Position numbers and translations under genes: made by a program. Below the pieces are notes generated by a model. The model was given only the letters and a program-made list of their open reading frames with translations, was not told the origin of the DNA and did not search any database. A DNA stretch of 64,000 nt from Mageeibacillus sp. UBA5747 (GTDB taxonomy: Bacteria; Bacillota; Clostridia; Saccharofermentanales; UBA5734), in contig DIFN01000076.1 in NCBI GenBank assembly GCA_002419145.1, positions 51,620 through 115,619 of the forward strand. The letters run 5' to 3'. The first letter of the stretch is position 1. The number at the start of each line of letters is the position of its first letter. This document shows, piece by piece, positions 35,525 through 44,118 of the stretch.

Positions 35525-36646
35525 TCAAACCTTGATGTTGCGGCCCCGCCAGGAGACAGAGCGGCGGATTTTGGTCAAATACAGCGACCAGGTGAACAGA
35601 ACAGCAAAAAACAGGACATGCAACGGAAAGAAGATCAGGACTATCCAGTGGAAATTGCCGGCACGCCTGGCTTGAAAGAGAAATACGGCCAGGTAGGCCA
35701 GTGTGACCAGGCTGGCTGACAGAATCTCGGCTGGGCCTCCGGCTATCAAGGCTCGGGTCAAAACGCCTGCGGTGGAGAAACCACCACCAATCCAGAGAAT
35801 GATCAGTGCCAGGACAAAAGGGTGGGTGGAAGAAGATGCTGTGGCGAAATTTTTGGTCCAGCCTTCCCACAATTGCCGCAATCCTTCCGGATACATCCTG
35901 AAAGAAATCACCCCGCGCCCACTCACACATGCCACCGGGAGCTGATAACTGGAAAAAAGGTTGCCCAAGGCCAGATCATCCAGCACCGCAGCCCGGATAG
36001 CCTGATGCCCGCCGGTGTGGAAATAGGCATCCTTGCTGCAGATGAGACAAGGGCCAAACGCACCCGTGCCCCTGATCTTGCTACCCAGGATGGAGAAACG
36101 GTTCAGGCCAGTTAGGACGATGATGTTGAAAATAGCCGAGAAACTTTCGTAGAGTTTTTTGACGCGATGATAGGGCTGAACAGAAAGGATGCCTTGCTGG
36201 CCCAATTTTGCGAATGCCACAACCAGGTCAGACAGGGCATCAGGATGTTCCAGTCGGGTATCGGCATCAAGAAAGACCAGGACGGACCCACCGGCTTTTT
36301 TGGCCCCGGACCAGCAAGCCCGTGATTTTCCCACCCACCCGGGCTCAACCGGATCGGCCAGGATCACCCGGCAGCCCAAGGAATTGGCCAACTGCCCCGT
36401 GCCATCGGTGGAATGATCATCGACCACCAGGATTTCCAGGGGTTTATGGTTTTGCTTATTCAAGGATTCAAGCAGAGGTCGGAGCCTTTTGGACTCGTTA
36501 TAAGCCGGAATAATGACCGATACAGCTTGGAAATCAGCCGCAACAGACCCGAAACGACCGGCTTGTTTCAGGCTGGGCAATTGCCACAACATGGCCAGCC
36601 CACAAAGGATGGCCAGGCTATTGATGATCAGGCTGGTCATCCACAT
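35525..36646 (-). CDS. crtQ: Family 2 glycosyltransferase (CrtQ-like 4,4'-diaponeurosporenoate glycosyltransferase)
   Basis: 373 aa. N-terminal TM segment, GT2 core (VSVIIPAYNE, VVDDHSTDGT, FLDADT) and C-terminal TM segments. First gene of the cluster. Confidence 0.72.
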   Translation of the reverse strand: MWMTSLIINSLAILCGLAMLWQLPSLKQAGRFGSVAADFQAVSVIIPAYNESKRLRPLLESLNKQNHKPLEILVVDDHSTDGTGQLANSLGCRVILADPVEPGWVGKSRACWSGAKKAGGSVLVFLDADTRLEHPDALSDLVVAFAKLGQQGILSVQPYHRVKKLYESFSAIFNIIVLTGLNRFSILGSKIRGTGAFGPCLICSKDAYFHTGGHQAIRAAVLDDLALGNLFSSYQLPVACVSGRGVISFRMYPEGLRQLWEGWTKNFATASSSTHPFVLALIILWIGGGFSTAGVLTRALIAGGPAEILSASLVTLAYLAVFLFQARRAGNFHWIVLIFFPLHVLFFAVLFTWSLYLTKIRRSVSWRGRNIKV

Positions 36647-36862
36647 AGAACCTCCCGGGCGTATTCATGTGCTGGAAATCGGTTTCTTGATCAGAACTGT
36701 TCTTAGTTTAAAGATGATTGGGCCCGAATACAAGATGGTGTTTGAAGGATGACCGTGCTCGGGACTTGATTTGCCTCGCCACGCACTTCGTGCTAGCATC
36801 GAGAGCAGACAATCTCATTGTACACAACCAGATGAATCAGCCAAGACCAGGGAGGCTCCCAT

Positions 36863-37582
36863 ATGATCCAATTCGACTGTCACGTCCACTCTGTAGCCAG
36901 CGGCCATGCCTTTGGCACGATGGAGGAAATTGCTGCCTATTGCCGGACCTTTCACCTGGACGGATTTGCCCTGACCGACCACGGGCCGGCCATGCCCGGT
37001 TCCGCCAGCTGGATCTATTTCTCAGCCATCCGCATGGTGCCGCGAGAGCTCCAGGGAGTCAAGATCTTGCGTGGTATCGAAGCCAACCTGATGGATTACA
37101 AGGGCCAACTCGATCTAGAGGACTCGCTTTTAAAAAAGCTCGATGTCGTGATCGCATCCTTCCATGACCTGCTGATCCAGCCCAAAACCAGACAGGAGCA
37201 TACCCAGGCTCTGGTTGCCGCTGCTCAAAACCCGCTGGTGGATATTCTGGGTCACACGGGTCGGGGCGGGTACGATTATGATATTCCGACTGTTCTCAAA
37301 GCCTGCCGGGATACCGGAACCATGATCGAGGTCAATCGCTGGACTTTGAAAGGGGATCCCAGCAATTCAATCTGTTACGAAATTGCTCGGGGGTGCAAAG
37401 AACTTAATGTTCCGATCGTAATCAACAGCGATGCACATACAGCTGACCAGGTCGGCCGAGTAGACGAGGCTTACGAATTAGTCCGTTCCCTGGGGATTCC
37501 GGATGAACAGATCATCAATCGAACCTATGCGTCTTTTCAAGCCCATCAGGAAAAACGCAAGCCCTGGCTGGATTTTTCCTGA
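36863..37582 (+). CDS. PHP family phosphatase (YcdX-like)
   Basis: 239 aa with DCHVHSVASGHA, LTDHGP and NSDAH metal-binding motifs. GGGAGG RBS. Confidence 0.8.
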   Translation: MIQFDCHVHSVASGHAFGTMEEIAAYCRTFHLDGFALTDHGPAMPGSASWIYFSAIRMVPRELQGVKILRGIEANLMDYKGQLDLEDSLLKKLDVVIASFHDLLIQPKTRQEHTQALVAAAQNPLVDILGHTGRGGYDYDIPTVLKACRDTGTMIEVNRWTLKGDPSNSICYEIARGCKELNVPIVINSDAHTADQVGRVDEAYELVRSLGIPDEQIINRTYASFQAHQEKRKPWLDFS

Positions 37583-37647
37583 TGCAGAGCGGCTGATCTG
37601 TGCCCCCGTCACCCGTCAATCTACCCCTCAACCTGCAGATTTGGGTG

Positions 37648-37676
37648 TGGACAAACCAGATCTGATGCGGTAAAAT
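37648..37676 (+). promoter_or_regulatory. Candidate promoter for tRNA-Gly
   Basis: TGGACA, 17-bp spacer, TAAAAT. Confidence 0.5.
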
Positions 37677-37706
37677 CAACGGGCAGATTGGCGCTGACTT
37701 TTATCT

Positions 37707-37780
37707 GCGGGTGTAGTTCAATGGCAGAACCTCAGCCTTCCAAGCTGATTGCGTGGGTTCGATTCCCATCACCCGCTCCA
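37707..37780 (+). tRNA. tRNA-Gly (anticodon TCC)
   Basis: Acceptor GCGGGTG/CACCCGC, anticodon stem TCAGC/GCTGA with loop CTTCCAA, CCA encoded. Confidence 0.9.
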
Positions 37781-37793
37781 ACATCGCCTGCAA

Positions 37794-37818
37794 GGCGGCC
37801 AAGGGCCGCCATTTTCTT
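37794..37818 (+). terminator. Hairpin terminator after tRNA-Gly
   Basis: GGCGGCC aag GGCCGCC followed by ATTTTCTT. Confidence 0.5.
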
Positions 37819-37845
37819 GCCTCATCCAGCCTGGTTTTGTATAAT
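37817..37845 (+). promoter_or_regulatory. Candidate extended -10 promoter for tRNA-Arg
   Basis: TTGCCT, 17-bp spacer, TGtATAAT-type -10 (TATAAT at 37840-37845). Confidence 0.55.
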
Positions 37846-37868
37846 CAGGTTCGAGATCAGGCAGACAT

Positions 37869-37945
37869 GGGTCTATAGCTCAGTTGGATAGAGCAACAGC
37901 CTTCTAAGCTGTGGGTCGGAGGTTCGAGTCCTCCTAGGCTCGCCA
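37869..37945 (+). tRNA. tRNA-Arg (anticodon TCT)
   Basis: Acceptor GGGTCTA/TAGGCTC (two G-U pairs), anticodon stem ACAGC/GCTGT with loop CTTCTAA, CCA encoded. Confidence 0.88.
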
Positions 37946-37947
37946 GG

Positions 37948-37982
37948 ACCGCTCCTTTGATCAAGGGAGCGGTTCATTTTTT
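37948..37982 (+). terminator. Rho-independent terminator after tRNA-Arg
   Basis: Stem ACCGCTCC / GGAGCGGT followed by TCATTTTTT. Confidence 0.7.
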
Positions 37983-38036
37983 GCTCCGGATGCCTGTGCT
38001 ATAATGAAGCGATTCTGACGAGAAGCAGGAGTATCC

Positions 38037-40022
38037 ATGACCAAAAGCAAGGCCTACGACAACACCAGCATTTCTGCCCTGAAGGGGGCTGATCGAGTCC
38101 GCCTTCGTCCTGGGGTCATTTTTGGCTCTGACGATCTGGAAGGCTGCAAACATTCCTTTTTTGAAATTCTGTCCAATTCTATCGATGAAGCCAGGGAAGG
38201 GCACGGCAACCTGATCGAGGTCAAGCGCTACCAGGATGGATCCTTGGAAGTCAAAGACCAGGGCCGCGGTATCCCACTGGATTTCAACGAAAAAGAAAAT
38301 CGCTACAACTGGGAGCTGATCTACTGTGAATTGTATGCGGGTGGCAAATACAACAACATCAGCGGCGATCATTATGAATTCAGCCTGGGACTCAACGGTC
38401 TCGGCGCCTGTGCGACCCAGTATGCTTCCGAATATTTTGATGTTTCGGTTGTGCGGGACGGCTTTCGCTACGACTTGCATTTTGAAAAAGGCAACAATAT
38501 CGGCGGCTTGACGAAGACTCCCGTCCGGCACAAGCAGACTGGTACGACCCAGAAATGGAGGCCCGACCGGGACGTTTTCACCGATATCATGATCCCGCTC
38601 GATTATTTCCAGCAGACCTTGAAACGTCAGGCCATCGTCAATGCCGGTGTGACTTTTCGGCTGTATGACGAGGCATCTGGCACGACGGAGGATTTTTATT
38701 ATCCCGAAGGTATCCTGGGCTTTGTCAGGGAACTGGACCAGGGGAAAGGTATCTCCAGCCCACTGTTTTTTGAAGGCAGTGGCAAGGGTCGCGACCGTGC
38801 TGACAAACCGGAGTACAAAGTCAAGGCTTCAGTGGCTCTGTGCTTCAACAACGAAGTCAACTTGATTGAGTACTATCATAACTCGAGCTGGCTGGAACAC
38901 GGCGGTTCTCCGGACAAGGCTGTGCGCAATGCCCTGGTCAATGAGTTTGACCGTCAAGCCAAAATGCAGGATAAATACAAAAACAACGAGGCCAAAATCA
39001 CTTTTGCCGACATCGAGGATTCCCTGATCCTGGTCACGAGCTCATTTTCCACCCAGACCAGCTATGAAAATCAGACCAAGAAGGCGATCAACAACAAATA
39101 CATCCAGGAATTTTTGACCGATTTGCTGCGCAGCCACCTGGAAATCTGGTTTATTGAAAATAAAGCCGAAGCAGACCGAGTCCTGGAACAGGTCCTGGTC
39201 AATAAGCGCAGCCGGGAAAGCGCCGAAAAGCAGCGCCTGAACATCAAGAAGAAATTGATGGGATCGGTCGATCTGGCCAATCGGGTCAAGAAGTTTGTCG
39301 ACTGCCGCACCAGAGACATCAACCGCCGGGAGCTGTATATAGTCGAAGGCGACTCCGCTCTGGGGTCCTGCAAAATGGGCCGGGATGCGGAGTTCCAGGC
39401 CATTATCCCGGTGCGCGGCAAAATCCTCAACTGCCTGAAGGCTGACTATGAAGCGATTTTCAAGAATGAAATCGTCGTCGACCTGATCAAGGTCCTCGGC
39501 TGTGGCGTTGAGATCCATTCCCGCCATAACAAGGATCTCTCATCTTTTGATCTCAATGGCCTGCGCTGGAACAAAATCATCATCTGCACCGATGCTGATG
39601 TCGATGGCTTTCAGATCCGGACCCTGATCCTCGCCATGCTATACCGCCTGACCCCCACCTTGCTGGACAAAGAGAAGATCTTCATTGCCGAATCACCCCT
39701 CTTTGAAATCACCCAGCGGGTTAAACGGGAAGAGAAGACCTTTTTTGCCTACACAGAGCGCGAAAAGAGTGACCTGCTGGCCAAACTGGGTGCAGATCGC
39801 TGCACCATCCAGCGTTCGAAAGGTCTGGGCGAAAATGAACCGGAAATGATGTGGCTAACCACCATGAATCCGGAAACACGCCGCCTGATCCAGGTCATGC
39901 CAGACAAAGCCGAAGACATGCTCGAGACCTTCGACTTGCTCCTGGGTGACAACCTCGCCGGCCGCAAATCTTTCATCGAGCAAAATGGCCACAAATATCT
40001 CGACCAACTCGACGTCGGGTGA
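38037..40022 (+). CDS. parE: Type IIA DNA topoisomerase subunit B (ParE-like)
   Basis: 661 aa with GHKL ATPase (NSIDEA, DQGRGIP), TOPRIM (ELYIVEGDSA) and PLRGK-equivalent (PVRGKILN) motifs. A TGcTATAAT extended -10 lies at about 37996-38005. Confidence 0.85.
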   Translation: MTKSKAYDNTSISALKGADRVRLRPGVIFGSDDLEGCKHSFFEILSNSIDEAREGHGNLIEVKRYQDGSLEVKDQGRGIPLDFNEKENRYNWELIYCELYAGGKYNNISGDHYEFSLGLNGLGACATQYASEYFDVSVVRDGFRYDLHFEKGNNIGGLTKTPVRHKQTGTTQKWRPDRDVFTDIMIPLDYFQQTLKRQAIVNAGVTFRLYDEASGTTEDFYYPEGILGFVRELDQGKGISSPLFFEGSGKGRDRADKPEYKVKASVALCFNNEVNLIEYYHNSSWLEHGGSPDKAVRNALVNEFDRQAKMQDKYKNNEAKITFADIEDSLILVTSSFSTQTSYENQTKKAINNKYIQEFLTDLLRSHLEIWFIENKAEADRVLEQVLVNKRSRESAEKQRLNIKKKLMGSVDLANRVKKFVDCRTRDINRRELYIVEGDSALGSCKMGRDAEFQAIIPVRGKILNCLKADYEAIFKNEIVVDLIKVLGCGVEIHSRHNKDLSSFDLNGLRWNKIIICTDADVDGFQIRTLILAMLYRLTPTLLDKEKIFIAESPLFEITQRVKREEKTFFAYTEREKSDLLAKLGADRCTIQRSKGLGENEPEMMWLTTMNPETRRLIQVMPDKAEDMLETFDLLLGDNLAGRKSFIEQNGHKYLDQLDVG

Positions 40023-40048
40023 CCCAGGTCGAGTCAGAGGAGCCTTTC

Positions 40049-42238
40049 ATGACCCAATCAGCCCCCATCCACCAGGAGCCGATCACGGCTACCTTGGAAA
40101 ACAACTACATGCCCTATGCCATGAGTGTCATTGTCTCCCGGGCCATCCCGGAAATCGATGGTTTCAAGCCCTCACACCGCAAATTGCTCTATACCATGTA
40201 CAAAATGGGGCTTTTAACAGGTAACCGGACCAAATCAGCCAATGTCGTCGGCCAGACTATGAAGCTCAATCCTCATGGTGACCAGGCCATCTATGAAACC
40301 ATGGTGCGCCTGACTCGCGGCAATGAAGCTTTGCTGCATCCCTATATTGACTCCAAAGGCAATTTCGGCCGCGTCTATTCGCGCGACATGCATTATGCTG
40401 CCGCGCGGTACACCGAAGTGCGTCTGGATCCGATTTGCCAGGATATTTTTTCAGGCTTAGACAAAGACAGTGTCGATCTGGTTGACAACTACGATGGCAC
40501 AATGAAAGAACCCGTCCTGTTGCCAGCCTCATTTCCGACCATACTGGTCAACAGCAACCAAGGTATTGCTGTCGGCATGGCCAGCAACATTTGTTCCTTC
40601 AACCTGGCAGAGGTCTGTGCTGCCACAATTGCCTACATCCGCGACCCGGGCTGTGACATTGAAGAATATCTGAAAGCCCCTGATTTCACGACAGGCGCGG
40701 AGCTGATCTACCACCCGCAGGAGATCAGCCAGATCTACCAGACTGGTCGCGGCAGCTTCAAGTTGCGCGCCACCTACCAGGTTGACAAAAAAAACGGCTA
40801 CATTGAAATCTTGCAGATTCCCTACACGACAACAGTTGAGGCGATCATTGATGACATCTCGGACCTGGTCAAGTCAGGGAAAATCAAGGATATTAATGAT
40901 GTCCGGGATGAAACCGACCTCGATGGCCTCAAGCTCACCATTGACTTCAAACGTTCCGCTGATCCACAGGCTCTGATTCAGAAACTGTACCGCCTGACCT
41001 CGCTGGAAAGCTCGTTTTCCTGCAACTTCAACATTCTGGTCAATGGTACCCCCCGGGTGATGGGCATTCGTTCAATTCTGGGGGAATGGCATGCCTGGCG
41101 CCGGTCTTGCCTCAAGCGGGAGATCGTCTTTGACCTGGGCAAGAAGCAAGACCGGCTCCACCTGCTTCAAGGTCTGGAATTGATCCTGCTCGACATTGAC
41201 AAGGCCATCCGGATCATCCGGGAAACTGAGCAGGAGAGTGAAGTTGTACCCAATTTAATGCAAGGATTTGCCATCGATGCCATCCAAGCCGAATATGTTG
41301 CAGAAATCCGCCTGCGTCAGCTGAACCGACAGTATCTGTTGCAACGGATCGCCGATATCAAGGCACTGGTCCAGGAAATCGCCGACCTGGAGGACCTCCT
41401 TGGTGACCAGGAGAAAATTGATAAAAAAATTATTGAGCAACTCAAGAATGTGGCGAAAAAGCATGGCTGTGCCCGCCGGACAACTTTGGTCCACACGGAT
41501 GATGTCACACGAATCTCTGATCACGAGCTGATTGAGGATTACAGGCTCCGGATATTCCTGACTGACCACGGCTATGTCAAGAAAATTCCTCTGACCTCTC
41601 TGCGCAGTGCTGGCGACCTCAAGACGAAAGAAGATGACCAGATCATCCAGGAAATCGAAGGCAGAAACAAGATGGATGTGCTCTTGTTCACCAACCAGGG
41701 CAATGTCTACAAGCTGAAAGCCTTCGAAATCAAAGATCACAAGCCTTCGGATTTTGGCGAATTCACACCCAATTTGCTCAGCCTGGACGAAGGTGAACGG
41801 GTCGTGTTCGTCCATCTGACCGATGATTATGCCGGCCAGTTCCTGATTGCCTTTGCCAATGGCAAACTGGTACGCCTGCCTTGCCTGTCTTATGAAACGA
41901 AAACCAAGCGCAAGAAGCTGGTCAATGCCTTTTCCACTGCATCCCCGTTGGCCGCTATCTGCTTTCTGACAGAGCCAGAAGACTTTGTGGCGTTCAGCAC
42001 CATCCGCAAGGTGCTCATTTTTAACAGCGAACTGATACCGGTCAAAACGACCCGGACGACCCAGGGGGTCCAAGTCATGCTTTCGAAAAAAGGCAGTACC
42101 CTGACCAGTCTCAAACGATTGTCCGAAACTGCTATCCTCGAACCGAACTACTACCGGGCCAAGTCCTTGCCGGCTGTCGGTACCTACCTTAAGGAAAGTA
42201 CACTGGTAAACCGGCAAGTTGGCTTGGATGGCGTGTGA
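40049..42238 (+). CDS. parC: Type IIA DNA topoisomerase subunit A (ParC-like)
   Basis: Start at MTQSAPIH after a GAGGAG RBS. The active-site AARYTE is present. The short C-terminal domain shows no GyrA box that I can see, so ParC is favoured over GyrA. Confidence 0.82.
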   Translation: MTQSAPIHQEPITATLENNYMPYAMSVIVSRAIPEIDGFKPSHRKLLYTMYKMGLLTGNRTKSANVVGQTMKLNPHGDQAIYETMVRLTRGNEALLHPYIDSKGNFGRVYSRDMHYAAARYTEVRLDPICQDIFSGLDKDSVDLVDNYDGTMKEPVLLPASFPTILVNSNQGIAVGMASNICSFNLAEVCAATIAYIRDPGCDIEEYLKAPDFTTGAELIYHPQEISQIYQTGRGSFKLRATYQVDKKNGYIEILQIPYTTTVEAIIDDISDLVKSGKIKDINDVRDETDLDGLKLTIDFKRSADPQALIQKLYRLTSLESSFSCNFNILVNGTPRVMGIRSILGEWHAWRRSCLKREIVFDLGKKQDRLHLLQGLELILLDIDKAIRIIRETEQESEVVPNLMQGFAIDAIQAEYVAEIRLRQLNRQYLLQRIADIKALVQEIADLEDLLGDQEKIDKKIIEQLKNVAKKHGCARRTTLVHTDDVTRISDHELIEDYRLRIFLTDHGYVKKIPLTSLRSAGDLKTKEDDQIIQEIEGRNKMDVLLFTNQGNVYKLKAFEIKDHKPSDFGEFTPNLLSLDEGERVVFVHLTDDYAGQFLIAFANGKLVRLPCLSYETKTKRKKLVNAFSTASPLAAICFLTEPEDFVAFSTIRKVLIFNSELIPVKTTRTTQGVQVMLSKKGSTLTSLKRLSETAILEPNYYRAKSLPAVGTYLKESTLVNRQVGLDGV

Positions 42239-42240
42239 CC

Positions 42241-44118
42241 ATGACCAATCAGCTCTATGTCCGTCCGAAAAAGGAAGCCAAATCCCGCCTTCAGTCCTTA
42301 CTCCTGACCGGCCTGACGCTTACTCTGATCCTGGCCAGCATCACTTTGTTCTTGATTGCCCGCAACCAGAAGACTGCGGAAAGGGCCCAATCCGATTTCG
42401 AGTCAGCCCTTGGGGACCAGTCGTATGAACAGGCTCTCGAGATTTACCGTGAAGTCCAGGCCAAGGCTGTGCTGCCTGCACAGACTGGGACGGTTGAGAA
42501 CCCATACCAGAAAACCTTGACTGAACTCGAATCCATATTGTCCGATCGTCTGGTAATTCTTGAAGACAAGCTGATGCTAGGCCACAATCTCTCAGCTTCT
42601 GACCAGGCATTCATACAAGGGCTGGGGGAAATATCCAGCTTGCGCCTGTCCCGATTTGTCCGGGACTTGAGTCGATCCTATCTGATGGGAGAGACGGACT
42701 ACCAGACGATGTCCCAGACGATCACCCAGTTATCCACCCTGCAAAACCTCAGGGATAGTGTGCAGGTTCTGAATGACGAATATTCATCCTGGCCCGAGCT
42801 GCAGCCTGCTTTCAAAGCTGCCGCCCAACTGCAGCAAGAGCAGCGCTGGTATGAAGCATATGCAGCCTGGGATGCCTTGGCTCAAACGGCCCAATCCGGA
42901 ACCTTCGTCCAGGACTTTGCCCGCCAGAACCTGGATGCGTGCCAATCAGCCATGTATCAACCTTTGCTCGCTGCAGCACAAGATGTCCTGAGCCAGAATC
43001 GTGTCATCACGGCGCATCGTCAGCTGGAGGATTTGCATCAGGTATTTCCGGGCGATCGTGCGGTCCAGGCTGCTCTCGACGAATGCATGCAGAAAATGCC
43101 CGGGAAACTGGTGACTTTCCGCGGTGCCATTGAACATCTGGTGATCAAGCCTCTGATCGTTGATCCAGCCACGGCCTTCGATCAGGACCCTTATGCCGCA
43201 GCAGCCTACGACACCATGCTGACCACCCTGGAGTTTAAACGACTTCTCGCAGCACTCTATACCAATAACTACATCCTCGTCGACCAGACCCGCCTGATGA
43301 CTGGGGCAGGGGAGCGGTTTGCGCTCGATCTGCCTGAAGGCAAAAAACCACTGGTTGTTGTCCTGGAGGGACTGAACTATTTCGTAACCCGGCGCGAGAC
43401 CGGTAATTGTTGGGATTTGCAGCTGGATGAATCGGGTCAGGTCTGCGGTACCTGGCCGGGGCCGGATGGCACCTGGATCGTCCAGCGGGAATCAGAAGCC
43501 ATCGGCATTCTGGATGCTTTTGTGGAGGAACATCCGGACTTTTCTTTCGATGGAGCCAAAGGCTTGATCACGTTGTCTGGCTATGAAGGGATTTTCGGCC
43601 TGGTGACCGATCCAGACCAGCTTGACGACAAAAACCAGGCCTTGGCAACACTAGGCTATCCGGAACTGGAGCTTGGTCCCGCCGATTACGAGGCCAACCG
43701 TGAGCAGGTCAGGGCGATCATTTCCCAGCTGCAGAGGACAGGCTGGCAGATAGGCACCTCCACTTATGGCATGATCAACCTCCAGAATGCCAGTCTGGAG
43801 CAGGTCCAATCAGACTGGGCCAAATGGATGAACCAGATCGAACCGCTGACGGGACCGGTTACTGCCTTGTCATTCCCCAACGGAGCGGTCCTGCAAGCCG
43901 ATGATCCACGGCGCCAGTTCCTCGAGAACCAGGGGATCCGAGTTTTCAGTGGACTGGGGGCCACACCGTATATCGTCCGCAATGAAGATGTTGTTTATAC
44001 AGACAAAGTCCAGGTGAGTGGTTTTAGCCTGACTCATCCTGGACTGTATCACCTGGATCGGTTTTTTGATGCCAGTCTGGTCATTGACCAGGAGGCACGG
44101 TCTCTTTTTAACGGTTGA
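42241..44118 (+). CDS. Hypothetical membrane-anchored extracytoplasmic protein
   Basis: About 625 aa with an N-terminal basic segment, one TM helix (LLLTGLTLTLILASITLFLIA) and a long helical Gln/Ala-rich region followed by a globular C-terminal part. The start overlaps or abuts the parC stop. No family recognised. Confidence 0.5.
   Translation: MTNQLYVRPKKEAKSRLQSLLLTGLTLTLILASITLFLIARNQKTAERAQSDFESALGDQSYEQALEIYREVQAKAVLPAQTGTVENPYQKTLTELESILSDRLVILEDKLMLGHNLSASDQAFIQGLGEISSLRLSRFVRDLSRSYLMGETDYQTMSQTITQLSTLQNLRDSVQVLNDEYSSWPELQPAFKAAAQLQQEQRWYEAYAAWDALAQTAQSGTFVQDFARQNLDACQSAMYQPLLAAAQDVLSQNRVITAHRQLEDLHQVFPGDRAVQAALDECMQKMPGKLVTFRGAIEHLVIKPLIVDPATAFDQDPYAAAAYDTMLTTLEFKRLLAALYTNNYILVDQTRLMTGAGERFALDLPEGKKPLVVVLEGLNYFVTRRETGNCWDLQLDESGQVCGTWPGPDGTWIVQRESEAIGILDAFVEEHPDFSFDGAKGLITLSGYEGIFGLVTDPDQLDDKNQALATLGYPELELGPADYEANREQVRAIISQLQRTGWQIGTSTYGMINLQNASLEQVQSDWAKWMNQIEPLTGPVTALSFPNGAVLQADDPRRQFLENQGIRVFSGLGATPYIVRNEDVVYTDKVQVSGFSLTHPGLYHLDRFFDASLVIDQEARSLFNG

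Noticed and set aside
41255-42217. 320-aa minus-strand ORF opposite parC; also 6207-7052 (281 aa) opposite the PHP/ATPase genes
   Set aside because: Both are antisense to genes with clear family motifs. No RBS or homology signal is recognisable.
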